From an uncultured Spirochaetota bacterium (GTDB taxonomy: Bacteria; Spirochaetota; Brevinematia; Brevinematales; JAOACQ01), in assembly GCA_963768055.1 (NCBI GenBank), contig CAVYGN010000002.1, positions 1,312,001 through 1,376,000 on the forward strand: 64,000 nt of DNA, in the 5' to 3' direction. Both the position numbers and the translations under genes were made by a program. Every line of letters starts with the position of its first letter. The first letter of the stretch is position 1. Shown piece after piece: positions 28,938 through 38,370 of this stretch. The notes beneath the pieces are model-generated. The model had not been told where the DNA came from, made no database searches, and saw nothing but the letters and a program-made list of their open reading frames with translations.

Positions 28938-30479
28938 TCAGAAATTTACAGGAACAAGACCCCAAACCGAAAGCCATGCCCTTTTAAAAAAACTAAGGCT
29001 ATCCAGGGAAACGAAATAACTGAAAGGAGCGTAGAAAAGGAAAACGCAGAATATCTCCGCTAAGAAAAAAATTGAGATATTGCGTAGCATTTTGTCGTTT
29101 GTCTTCATTTCATCCCTGAAATAATACTGGAAAATCATGAAAGCCAGGAAAAAGGAAAATATCAAGGGTATAAAATAATGATATAAGTACATTACCCTCT
29201 CGATAGTCAACATCGTTGCCATGTATATAAAATAAAGTATTGTAAAATAAACCATGATATGGAATTCCTGTTTATTGCCGGCCGGAGCTTTGAATAAAAT
29301 TACTCCGCACACGAATACCGTTGCCATAATTATACCTAATAACCCGGAAAACCAGATCAGGGGATTTCCCTGGAGATATAGATATGCTACCTTGCCCCCG
29401 AATTTACTCCAGCGGTAATTGATACTTTTATACCCGAAAGGCCAGCCGAAGGGAGGGCTGCCGTTTTCATCTACCTTTGAAGGAGTCCATTTCGGAACCC
29501 CCTTTTCATAATTATGAATAAAAGCGAAATAATCCCTCAGCATAATAAAAAAATGGACAGGATTGGCTGTTTCCTTCGAGTTGAGAATAGCTCCGTATTC
29601 ACTCGAAGCAAGATAAGACCTCCCTTTCTCAACGCGGGAGGCGATGGAAAAATGAATATAAAAGGTTATGAAAAAGATAAGCAAGACTCCGGCTGCCGAT
29701 AATACGGCTTTATTTATGAAATCGGCCAAATCTTTCCATGTAATCTTGAAAGGAAGAATTAAAGGGCTGAAATCCTCATATGCGAGAAAAATAAAGAATA
29801 CAAGCAGGATGGAACTGTTGAGTTTAACGGAAATTGCTACTCCGGTTAGCAGCCCGAGTATTAAATATTCCTGCGCTTTTCTTTTGTCTTTTTTTTGAAG
29901 AAGGATTAAAAAATATAAAACAGCCAGGAGGATGAAGAAAATCTGTATGCCTTCCAGCATGGCGCCCCTCAAATGAACGAGAAGGGCGTTATCGAATAAA
30001 AAAAACGATGTGAAACCCAATGCGTAATCTACCGATACGGAGAACCGGGCCAGAATGAGAAAAAATAGAACTGCGGATAAAGCCGAGAAAAGCACGGGGA
30101 AAAAACGAACGCCGGCAAATGAATAATTGGCCGGGAAGGAATTTATAAAATCGGTGTCGAGAAATGAGGATGTATCGATATTTTTATTAGGATTTATCAA
30201 TCTTTCGCCTAGCGCTATGATCAATTTACCGAGGGGAGGGTGGGGTTCCATGAAAAAAACGCCATTAATATATTTCTGCGCCGAGGCGATGTGGTAGTTT
30301 TCATCCCAGTAAGGTCCGTCAGGGAAGCTGTAGCCGCCCACGAACTTTGTGTTTTTTGTAATTGTGTCTGTTTCGACATATACCGGCATAATAAAATAAA
30401 AAAACAGGGCTGCGGCCAGTATCAAACAGGAATATAAAAAGGAATAATTTTTTTTATTGATCTTTGATGCATTGTCCAT
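28938..30479 (-). CDS. PMT-family (GT39) polyprenyl-phosphate-mannose--protein mannosyltransferase
   Basis: WDENYH catalytic DE, EPHPPLGKLI, LYLQGNPLIW, RVMYLYHYFIPL. Multiple TM segments. Confidence 0.85.
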   Translation of the reverse strand: MDNASKINKKNYSFLYSCLILAAALFFYFIMPVYVETDTITKNTKFVGGYSFPDGPYWDENYHIASAQKYINGVFFMEPHPPLGKLIIALGERLINPNKNIDTSSFLDTDFINSFPANYSFAGVRFFPVLFSALSAVLFFLILARFSVSVDYALGFTSFFLFDNALLVHLRGAMLEGIQIFFILLAVLYFLILLQKKDKRKAQEYLILGLLTGVAISVKLNSSILLVFFIFLAYEDFSPLILPFKITWKDLADFINKAVLSAAGVLLIFFITFYIHFSIASRVEKGRSYLASSEYGAILNSKETANPVHFFIMLRDYFAFIHNYEKGVPKWTPSKVDENGSPPFGWPFGYKSINYRWSKFGGKVAYLYLQGNPLIWFSGLLGIIMATVFVCGVILFKAPAGNKQEFHIMVYFTILYFIYMATMLTIERVMYLYHYFIPLIFSFFLAFMIFQYYFRDEMKTNDKMLRNISIFFLAEIFCVFLFYAPFSYFVSLDSLSFFKRAWLSVWGLVPVNF

Positions 30480-30587
30480 TAACAGCCTCTCGAAAAATTT
30501 TAATTTCCATATCTGAAAAAGTCAATCTGGAGATAAGAAATACCCGAGTTAAGAAATACTTGACAAATTCCGAAAATATATCAAAAT

Positions 30588-31337
30588 ATGAGTGACTTTA
30601 ATAGTCATCATGAGGAGTTATTTATGAAGAACTCACCGGTAATATTGCTAGCGCTTTCATTTTTATTTTCTTCCGGGTTGTTTTATGGCGCTCATAATAT
30701 AACTGAAGACGCAGTGAGTACGGTCGGCCCGGACGGCATACCCCAGCTTATAGAGGTCATCCGTTCATCGGACCCTGCCGATGACGACATAAGGGTGAAG
30801 GCTATGAAAAGACTGGGTGAGTTGAAAGCCAAGGAAGCGACCGATATGCTGATTGAAATGCTTGAAACAAAAAGGCTTGTTCTCGGCGGTAAAGAAATAT
30901 ATAACTGGAAGCTTAAAGTTGAGGCCGCAAAAGCCCTCGCTGCAATAGGCGACGATAGAGCGGCCGTATACCTCGTTGAAATGCTCCGGTATGAAGACGA
31001 TAATACTGTCAGAAGGGCCGCTTCCCAGGCCCTTGGAGACATGGGAGAAGCCGCAAGAAAAATGACGGTCCTGGATGTTATGCACACCGAGCTTGAAGGC
31101 GCGAGAGATAACGGCCTTGTGGCGGACTTGTGTGACGCCCTCGGGAAAATAGGCGATAAAGCTTCTTTTGTTTATCTTCTTAGGGTGACTCAGGGGCCAT
31201 GGCTTAACTTTGTGAAGGAAACTGCCCAAAAAAGCATTGGAATGATCAAATGGGATAAAGCCTCTGTTTATGGTGAGGAAAACACTGCAAATACCGCTTC
31301 TTCAACCTCATCGACAAATGAAACAAAACACAAATAA
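30588..31337 (+). CDS. secreted HEAT-repeat protein (likely start 30624)
   Basis: Signal peptide. Repeats RVKAMKRLGEL, KVEAAKALAAIGD, RRAASQALGDMG, CDALGKIGD. Confidence 0.85.
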   Translation: MSDFNSHHEELFMKNSPVILLALSFLFSSGLFYGAHNITEDAVSTVGPDGIPQLIEVIRSSDPADDDIRVKAMKRLGELKAKEATDMLIEMLETKRLVLGGKEIYNWKLKVEAAKALAAIGDDRAAVYLVEMLRYEDDNTVRRAASQALGDMGEAARKMTVLDVMHTELEGARDNGLVADLCDALGKIGDKASFVYLLRVTQGPWLNFVKETAQKSIGMIKWDKASVYGEENTANTASSTSSTNETKHK

Positions 31338-31361
31338 TACCAATTTTGACTAAAACGGAGC

Positions 31362-31405
31362 GGCCTGTCCCTCCCCTTTAAAAAGGGAAGTGACGGGCCT
31401 TTTTT
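31362..31405 (+). terminator. intrinsic terminator candidate
   Basis: GGCCTGTCCCTCCCCTT...AAGGGAAGTGACGGGCC imperfect stem followed by T6. Confidence 0.6.
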
Positions 31406-31427
31406 ATAAATGGGGGGACTGTAATTT

Positions 31428-32132
31428 ATGAGAAAGAATTCAAAGCTTCAGCATAGGCTCGATACGATTCAGGATAATTTTATCGACAAGGGAAAGTTTA
31501 AACCCGCAATCGAAGACCTTCTGGCCCTGGAAAAAGAGGCCGGCAGTCATGACCTTATTTCCTATTATCTCGGGATCTGCTATTTAAACACTGACGATTA
31601 TAATAAGGCTGCGAACTGCCTCAAGGATATCTTTGCTTCGGCGGATCTTTCCATCATACAGCTCATCCAGTGCAATATGCTGCTGGGACTCATATATACT
31701 GAACTGGGATCATATACAAAAGCCGAGAAATTTTTTAAGAAAACCCTGGAGATAAACCCTGAAAGTTCGATGTCATTCTCAGCCTTGGGGTATGTATATT
31801 TTCTGACAAAAAAGTTCGATATGGCTATTTTTAATTTCAAGAAGGCTATTCAAAGCGATCCGAACAATGCAAGCGCTCATAATAATCTGGGATATACCCT
31901 GGCTGACCTTGGAATAAACCTTAATGAAGCTGTCAATGAATGCAGAAAAGCCGTAGCCTTGAACCCTAATTCCGGCGCATACAGGGACAGCCTGGGCTGG
32001 GCCCTTCACCAGTCGGAGGATTACAATGCGGCGGTGAAAGAACTGGAACAGGCTTTGAAATTTCCGACCAAAAATAATGAGCTTATTAATGAACATCTGA
32101 ATATGGCGCTAAAGAAAAGGGATAAGGAATGA
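31428..32132 (+). CDS. tetratricopeptide repeat protein
   Basis: Several TPR motifs (LGLIY..LEINP, LGYVY..DPNNASAHNNLGY, YRDSLGW). Confidence 0.9.
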   Translation: MRKNSKLQHRLDTIQDNFIDKGKFKPAIEDLLALEKEAGSHDLISYYLGICYLNTDDYNKAANCLKDIFASADLSIIQLIQCNMLLGLIYTELGSYTKAEKFFKKTLEINPESSMSFSALGYVYFLTKKFDMAIFNFKKAIQSDPNNASAHNNLGYTLADLGINLNEAVNECRKAVALNPNSGAYRDSLGWALHQSEDYNAAVKELEQALKFPTKNNELINEHLNMALKKRDKE

Positions 32133-33076
32133 AAAAAATATTCGTTGACGGACAGCATGGGACAACCGGGATAAAAATCTTTGAAAGGCTCTCAAAGCAT
32201 GATGGGGTTGAAATAATAGAAATTCCGGATGAGATTAAAAAAGAAACTGCAGAAAAGGAGAAGAGGTTCGGAGAAGCCGACCTTGTTATTCTCTGTCTGC
32301 CTGACGACGCTTCAAAAGAAGTAATGGAAACCCTTAAAAAAGTCAGGGCGAAGGTCATCGATACGAGTTCCGCTTACAGGGTAGATCCGGGGTGGGTATA
32401 TGGTATGCCGGAACTGGAGAAAAACAGCCGTGAAAAAATAAAAAATGCGAAGTGGGTATCGAATCCGGGCTGTTATCCGACAGGTTTTTTACTCGCCCTT
32501 TCACCCCTGGTAAAAATCGGAGCGGTTCCGAGAGATTATCCCGTAACATCATACGCCGTTACAGGCTATAGCGGCGGCGGGAAAAAAATGATATCCGATT
32601 TCGAATCATATGGCAAAGACCGCTCGATGGAGATTTGCTGCAGGCCGAAAAATCTTGACCTGAGGCATAAGCATCTGCCCGAGATGAAAAAATATGCCCA
32701 TTTAAAACAATATCCGCACTTTGTCCCTATTGTCGGAAATTTTTATAACGGTCTTCTGGTTTTCCTTCCGCTTATTCCAGCGTTATTGTCAAAGAAATTC
32801 CACCCTGACGATATCAGGGAAATTCTAATGGAACGCTATGAAAAAGAGCCTTTCGTGAAAATTGTTTCAAAGGAAGAGACGGAAGTGATCAGCAGCGGTT
32901 TTATTTCGCCGGTTGAGCTGAACGGGACCAACAGGATCGATATTTTCGTAACGGGCCATGAGGAACAAATCCTCGTTATATCGCGCCTGGATAATCTGGG
33001 CAAGGGCGCTTCGGGAGCGGCCGTCCAGAATATGAACATCATGCTGGGTTTCGATGAAAGCATGGGTTTATCCTGA
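32129..33076 (+). CDS. argC: N-acetyl-gamma-glutamyl-phosphate reductase (short form)
   Basis: IFVDGQHGTTG, SNPGCYPTG, GYSGGGK, DNLGKGASGAAVQNMN. Confidence 0.95.
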   Translation: MKKIFVDGQHGTTGIKIFERLSKHDGVEIIEIPDEIKKETAEKEKRFGEADLVILCLPDDASKEVMETLKKVRAKVIDTSSAYRVDPGWVYGMPELEKNSREKIKNAKWVSNPGCYPTGFLLALSPLVKIGAVPRDYPVTSYAVTGYSGGGKKMISDFESYGKDRSMEICCRPKNLDLRHKHLPEMKKYAHLKQYPHFVPIVGNFYNGLLVFLPLIPALLSKKFHPDDIREILMERYEKEPFVKIVSKEETEVISSGFISPVELNGTNRIDIFVTGHEEQILVISRLDNLGKGASGAAVQNMNIMLGFDESMGLS

Positions 33077-33094
33077 ACCTTGCCCCCTGCCGCC

Positions 33095-34813
33095 CTATAA
33101 GCTGACCTGGATCTTGAAAAGTTTTTGATAGATTCCGCCCTGGTCGAGAAGCTCTTTATGCGTACCTATCTCGATAATTTTTCCATCCTCAAGGACGACT
33201 ATCCTGTCGGCGTTCATAATAGTAGAAAGCTTATGCGATACTATGAGGGTCGTTTGATTTCCCAGTATCTTTTTCATCGCATTTTGTATAAGCTGTTCCG
33301 ATTCGGCGTCGAGGGAACTCGTGGCCTCGTCCAGAATCAATATTTTCGGTTTTCGGAGTATCGCTCTGGCCAAGGCGATCCTCTGCTTTTCTCCTCCTGA
33401 AAGCCTTACCCCCCGCTCTCCCAGTACAGTGTCGTATCCTTGGGGCAGTTTGCCTATGAATTGCTCGGCATTGGCTATTCTGGCAGCCTCGATAACCTCA
33501 TGCCTTTCAGCCTCCGGTTTTGAAAGCCTGATATTTTCAATGATAGAACCTGAAAAAAGTATGTTCTCCTGGGTAACAAGGCTTATCTGGGAACGGATTG
33601 AACCCGGATTGTAAACCGATACATTTTTACCGTCGATTAAAAATTCCCCTTTGACCGGAAGATAAAAAACCGGAATAAGAGATATTAATGTAGATTTACC
33701 GGCGCCGCTGGGCCCAACGACAGCCACAGTCTCGCCCTGTTTTATGAAAAGATTTATTCCGTAAAGCGCTGTCCTTTCATTTTCATATTGGAAGAAGAGG
33801 CTTTTCCATTCCAGATCACCCTTTATATTGCCGATGGCCGGAAGGGTAGTATTTTCTTTTTCATTTGAATCGATAAGTTCGAATACCCTCGCTCCGGCGG
33901 GCTGGAGTTTACGCAGCACCATTAAAATATCGGAGGTCCGGCTTAGCGGCTGCGATAGTACGAATGCCGCGAAAAAGAAATTAACGATATCCTGCGAAGT
34001 CGCTATGCCCTTTTGAACGCTTAAAGCGCCCAGGAAAAGGATCAAAAGTACGGCGACCACGCCGAAAAAATTCGAGGCCGGTGTTCCCAGGAATCTTATC
34101 CTCATCTCCCTTTTAACTGCCTTTAAATGCAGATCGTTCGACTCAGAGAATTTCTGCTTTATGGCCTCCTCGACGCCGTAGCCCTTTATGATCTCCATTC
34201 CGTATATAGCTTCCTGGATGCCTGAGGTTACATCGGATATATTTTTCTGAACGCCGAGACTGAGTTTCTGCACGATCGAACCCAGCCCTCCCAGAATAAG
34301 AGCAAGGACAGGCCCGATCGAAAACATATAAAGCGATAATTGACTGTTGATCACGAACATCAGGATAATAATGGATATAAGTGTCATAGGCTGTAAAAAA
34401 AGATCCATGGCTATATTCATGAAAAAGTTCTCGATAACACCGACATCGTTTAGAATACGGGACATGATCTCCCCTGTCTTATTTTTTTTATAATAAAAAA
34501 CAGGCATATCGACAAGTTTCTTGAAGATCTCGTATCTTATATCATGCATAACATTTACGGCAAGCAGATTGGAAAAAAGATATATGAAATATATGGAAAG
34601 GGCCCAGGTGAAACCGATACCGAGGAGAGCGGCTATGACGGTGAGATTCACCTTCTCGAAATTCTTTCCTATGAAAGCGTCGGAAAACAATCTCCCGATT
34701 CCCAGGATACCGCCGATCTGGCTCCCTACAATAATAACCACGAAGAACAGACAGACAGCGAAATGGATTTTATATTTAAATGCGTAACTTGAAAGACGGG
34801 AATAGACCTTCAT
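33095..34813 (-). CDS. ABC exporter, fused TMD-NBD (MsbA-like)
   Basis: Six-TM domain, GPSGAGKST, LSGGEKQR, ILILDEATS. Confidence 0.92.
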   Translation of the reverse strand: MKVYSRLSSYAFKYKIHFAVCLFFVVIIVGSQIGGILGIGRLFSDAFIGKNFEKVNLTVIAALLGIGFTWALSIYFIYLFSNLLAVNVMHDIRYEIFKKLVDMPVFYYKKNKTGEIMSRILNDVGVIENFFMNIAMDLFLQPMTLISIIILMFVINSQLSLYMFSIGPVLALILGGLGSIVQKLSLGVQKNISDVTSGIQEAIYGMEIIKGYGVEEAIKQKFSESNDLHLKAVKREMRIRFLGTPASNFFGVVAVLLILFLGALSVQKGIATSQDIVNFFFAAFVLSQPLSRTSDILMVLRKLQPAGARVFELIDSNEKENTTLPAIGNIKGDLEWKSLFFQYENERTALYGINLFIKQGETVAVVGPSGAGKSTLISLIPVFYLPVKGEFLIDGKNVSVYNPGSIRSQISLVTQENILFSGSIIENIRLSKPEAERHEVIEAARIANAEQFIGKLPQGYDTVLGERGVRLSGGEKQRIALARAILRKPKILILDEATSSLDAESEQLIQNAMKKILGNQTTLIVSHKLSTIMNADRIVVLEDGKIIEIGTHKELLDQGGIYQKLFKIQVSL

Positions 34814-34920
34814 AATTTAACCTGCCTGAATCAAAAGTTGAAACCGAGAGAAAACCATATAAATTATAGCAGAGTTTAGGAGGTTTTGCATATAATAATA
34901 TATCATGATAAAATACATGA

Positions 34921-34994
34921 AGGGGCTTCCTATCCGAAGGGTTTATGACCATAGGGTGCTTGTGCCCGTAGGGCCGAAGGGTTAGAAGCTCCCT
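34921..34994. mobile_element. short MITE-like element (family E-related) containing mini-hairpins
   Basis: Ends AGGGGCTTCCTA and TTAGAAGCTCCCT. Internal GTTTATGACCATAGGGTGC resembles 2982-3000. CCGAAGGGTT occurs twice. Confidence 0.5.
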
Positions 34995-35022
34995 AAATTT
35001 ACTTTAACCATGCGAGGGGTTT

Positions 35023-35946
35023 ATGAAAATGATTATAAGCGTCCTGATCATAATAGCGGTACTGATGATTTCTTTATTCCTGCTCAATACCAGTCCTCTC
35101 TTTTATTCCGAACCCTCGGCATATAACAGGAATGATGAGCCGTCCCTGTTCGACGGGAGGGCGCATGAAGAGTTTTATGAAAACAGGAAATCGTCAAAAC
35201 TCGTGATTCTCGTCCATGGCTTCCCCAGCACTCCTTTCGAATGGAAAAAAATCGGCGTTAAATTATCGAAAGATTATAATGTTCTTATCCCGCGTTTGTA
35301 CGGTTTCGGCACAAGTCAGGAATTTTTTAAGAAAACTTATTTTTCCCAGTGGTATAAAAGCCTTAAAGACGTTTACATGGAATACAGAAAAAAATATGAA
35401 GATGTGACAGTATGCGGTCTTTCGTTCGGCGGGATGCTTACCCTACGTCTCACCGAGGATTTCGGAAACTCGAAGGGAATGGCCATGAAAAGGATTGTAG
35501 TTATTTCAGCGCCGGTTTTTTTGAATAACCTGAAGATTGGCCTTCTTTTTGATCCGAGGCTTTATCTGGTAAGGACGATTTCATGGTTTAATGACGAACT
35601 CTCCTCTGCAGGCAAATCCCAGGATAGCATAGACAATGACGGAGGAGAATGGGTGGGTTTCCATGAGATCTTTCCGGTTCAGATCTACAGCATGCTTATG
35701 GGTATGAGGACCACGAGGCATGATCTGGCCAAAATCAAAACACCGGTTCTTCTGATGCATGCAGAGGGCGATAAAACAGTTCCTTTCGAGAATATGGATT
35801 ATATATTCCACCATATTTCTTCAAAAGAAAAGAGCAAATATGCTTTCAATCTTACCGGCTGGAAACACACGAAACACCTTTTAACAATGTACAATACCAC
35901 ATCGGACACCGTTTATACGAATATCGTCAATTTTATAGAAAAGTAG
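35023..35946 (+). CDS. alpha/beta-hydrolase (carboxylesterase-like) with N-terminal anchor
   Basis: LVHGF oxyanion motif, GLSFGG nucleophile elbow, DKTV, C-terminal His. Confidence 0.88.
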   Translation: MKMIISVLIIIAVLMISLFLLNTSPLFYSEPSAYNRNDEPSLFDGRAHEEFYENRKSSKLVILVHGFPSTPFEWKKIGVKLSKDYNVLIPRLYGFGTSQEFFKKTYFSQWYKSLKDVYMEYRKKYEDVTVCGLSFGGMLTLRLTEDFGNSKGMAMKRIVVISAPVFLNNLKIGLLFDPRLYLVRTISWFNDELSSAGKSQDSIDNDGGEWVGFHEIFPVQIYSMLMGMRTTRHDLAKIKTPVLLMHAEGDKTVPFENMDYIFHHISSKEKSKYAFNLTGWKHTKHLLTMYNTTSDTVYTNIVNFIEK

Positions 35947-36125
35947 CTTTAGGGATTACTCCTATGCCGCCGACAACAAATAATGGCAACCCAACACAAT
36001 ACCCGGAAAATTGTCGGGTTAGTTTATTTTTATTTATTTTCCGCTAAAACTTTATTGATCATCAGGTCGTTAAAATTCTGAGCTTCCTCGAAATCGGCAT
36101 ATGAGCGGAATTCTCAAACTTTAGC

Positions 36126-36152
36126 TAAAATAAAATCTGTTTCTTCCGATCA
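36126..36152 (+). promoter_or_regulatory. sigma28 (FliA) promoter candidate for flgG
   Basis: TAAA-N15-TCCGATCA versus consensus TAAA-N15-GCCGATAA. Confidence 0.5.
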
Positions 36153-36177
36153 TAATTACGTAGGGAGGAAGAAATTT

Positions 36178-36972
36178 ATGATGAGAGCTTTATGGACGGC
36201 TGCTTCGGGAATGATAGGCGAGCAGTTTCATATCGATACGATTGCAAATAACCTGGCAAATGTAAATACAACAGGCTTTAAAAAAACAAGGGCTGAATTC
36301 GAAGACCTGCTTTACCAGACCCAGCGCCTGGCAGGTACGCCCTCGTCAGAGATAAGCCAGTATCCGATAGGGATACAGACGGGCCTCGGGGTCAGGCCGG
36401 CGGCAACCCAGAAGTTCTATACCCAGGGGAGCCTCCAGAATACAGGCAACAAGCTTGACATCGCCCTTGAAGGTGAGGGTTTTATCGGTGTTACCCTTCC
36501 CGATGGAAGCAGCGCCTATACAAGGGATGGTTCCCTTAAGATAGACAGCAATATGGAAATTGTAACCTCCCAGGGTTACAGGCTCAACCCTCCGATCGTC
36601 CTTCCTGAAAACTTCGATGTCGGGTCCTTATCGATAGGCAAAGACGGCCGTGTAACCGTGAAAGTGGCAGGCAGCGATGAAGATACGGAGGTCGGGAGGA
36701 TATCACTTTACCGTTTTATCAATCCGGCAGGCCTGACTAACCTCGGCGAAAATTATGTCAAAGAAAGCCCGGCCTCGGGACCTGCAGTCGAGGGTACTGC
36801 ATCCCTTGCAGGCTACGGCATGGTCCATCAGGGTTTCCTTGAAATGTCGAATGTCAACGCGGTCCAGGAAATGGTGGATATGATCGTGGCCCAGAGGGCT
36901 TACGAGTTCAACTCCCGCGCAATCCAGACAAGCGATTCGATGCTGGGGACCGCGAACAGCCTCAAGAGATAA
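36178..36972 (+). CDS. flgG: flagellar basal-body distal rod protein FlgG
   Basis: MMRALWTAASGM, IANNLANVNTTGFK, FEDLLYQ, YTRDG, GFLEMSNV, AQRAYEFNS. 264 aa. Confidence 0.96.
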   Translation: MMRALWTAASGMIGEQFHIDTIANNLANVNTTGFKKTRAEFEDLLYQTQRLAGTPSSEISQYPIGIQTGLGVRPAATQKFYTQGSLQNTGNKLDIALEGEGFIGVTLPDGSSAYTRDGSLKIDSNMEIVTSQGYRLNPPIVLPENFDVGSLSIGKDGRVTVKVAGSDEDTEVGRISLYRFINPAGLTNLGENYVKESPASGPAVEGTASLAGYGMVHQGFLEMSNVNAVQEMVDMIVAQRAYEFNSRAIQTSDSMLGTANSLKR

Positions 36973-37222
36973 TATACTGATCAATTTATGAAGAAAATTT
37001 TCCCCGCGTAGTATTCGACAGCTTGAGCTGCTAAGGCTTAAAACAGCAGCAAGCGCTGATTGAATTCTTTTTTAATTAAAGATTATTTTAATATTTTCAA
37101 GTATCAATTGAATTAAATAAACAGTTTTTGATAGCGCTTGCCGTTGTTTTTCGCCTTGCGGTCTCTGCACTGTCTCATAAGACCGCGGAAAAATTTTCTT
37201 CAAATAGAATTGTATATTATCT
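36967..37222. repeat. long imperfect inverted-repeat element (family L, copy 2)
   Basis: Arms 36967-37057 and 37133-37222 (AGATAATATAC/GTATATTATCT, TGAAGAAAATTTT/AAAATTTTCTTCA, GCAAGCGCT/AGCGCTTGC). The 75-nt spacer is homologous to that of copy 1. Confidence 0.9.
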
Positions 37223-37290
37223 TTATTCCGGCGGAAATGTATAGATCTGGGAAAAACAGTGTAATCCGGATAATCCGTGAAATCTGTTTT

Positions 37291-38370
37291 TCAGTTTCCA
37301 GGGAAAAGCAGGCCTTCTTCGGGCTTGCGCTTTATTTCCTTCCTTCCGAAATTCGACATCGATATGCCTACGAGGCGGATCTTTACTTTCCCTGCTTCGG
37401 TTTTATCGAGAAGCAGGAGCGCGGTTTTCAAAATATCCGCGGATTTATAAACAGGTCCGGAAAGCGTAATGCTGCGGGTTATGAGCCTGAAATCGTAATA
37501 TTTGATTTTGAGTGTTATTGTCCTGGCGCCGTTTTCAGACCCGATGCTTTTCAGGATGCCCTCTTCTTCCTCGGATATCCCGGCCAGAAGTCCCTTGATT
37601 TCATTAAGGTCGAGTATATCCCTGGGGAGGGTTATTTCCCTCCCGGCCGACATTCTTTTATGGTAAGGAGTTACGGGGGAATCGTCGATACCCCTGGCCA
37701 GGTTGTAGAACCATTCGCCTCCTTTTCCGAAGATCGACGTCAATTCCTCGAGGCTTCTTTGACGCAGATCGGCTCCTGTTTTAATTCCAAGCTCTTTCAT
37801 CCTTTTTTCCGTAACCTTCCCTACGCCGTAAAAAGTGCCAATAGGAAGGGAATCGATAAAACCGGCGGTATCCCGTGGAGTTACAACGGTTAAGCCGTCC
37901 GGTTTATGATAACCCGATGCGACCTTAGCCAGGAATTTATTATACGATACTCCGGCGGAAGCGGTGAGCGATGTTTTTTCGAATATTTTTCGCTTGATGT
38001 CTTTAGCTATGCGGTAAGCGGTCATGTATTTCGTAATATCGGTTACATCGAGAAAAGCCTCATCGAGGGAGAGGCCTTCGACAAGGTCGGTATATTCATG
38101 GAATATGGAATTAATTTCTTCAGATACTTGCAGGTACAATTCAAAATGAGGCTCGACAAGTATTGCCTGGGGGCAGAGGACAAGGGCCCTGGAAGTCGCC
38201 ATTGCGGAATGTACGCCGAATTTCCTCGCCTCGTAAGAGCATGTAGCGACTACGCCCCGCCCCGAGGGTGACCCTCCTACTATGACTGGTTTTCCTTTTA
38301 ATTCAGGGTGTTCTCTTTGTTCAACCGAAGCATAGAAAGCGTCCATATCGACATGTATTATCTTTCTCAT
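37291..38370 (-). CDS. dinB: DNA polymerase IV
   Basis: IIHVDMDAFYASVE, SYEARKFGV, SLDEAFLD, NKFLAKVAS, KPDG. Confidence 0.97.
   Translation of the reverse strand: MRKIIHVDMDAFYASVEQREHPELKGKPVIVGGSPSGRGVVATCSYEARKFGVHSAMATSRALVLCPQAILVEPHFELYLQVSEEINSIFHEYTDLVEGLSLDEAFLDVTDITKYMTAYRIAKDIKRKIFEKTSLTASAGVSYNKFLAKVASGYHKPDGLTVVTPRDTAGFIDSLPIGTFYGVGKVTEKRMKELGIKTGADLRQRSLEELTSIFGKGGEWFYNLARGIDDSPVTPYHKRMSAGREITLPRDILDLNEIKGLLAGISEEEEGILKSIGSENGARTITLKIKYYDFRLITRSITLSGPVYKSADILKTALLLLDKTEAGKVKIRLVGISMSNFGRKEIKRKPEEGLLFPGN

Noticed and set aside
35947..36177. c-di-GMP riboswitch upstream of flgG
   Set aside because: Only a weak hairpin. The GEMM-I GGCAAA...GAAA...GACGCAAA core is not present.
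37138..37893. 251-aa plus-strand ORF starting in family-L copy 2
   Set aside because: Mostly antisense to dinB, TTG start without RBS, no motifs. No support for it being an element-encoded protein.
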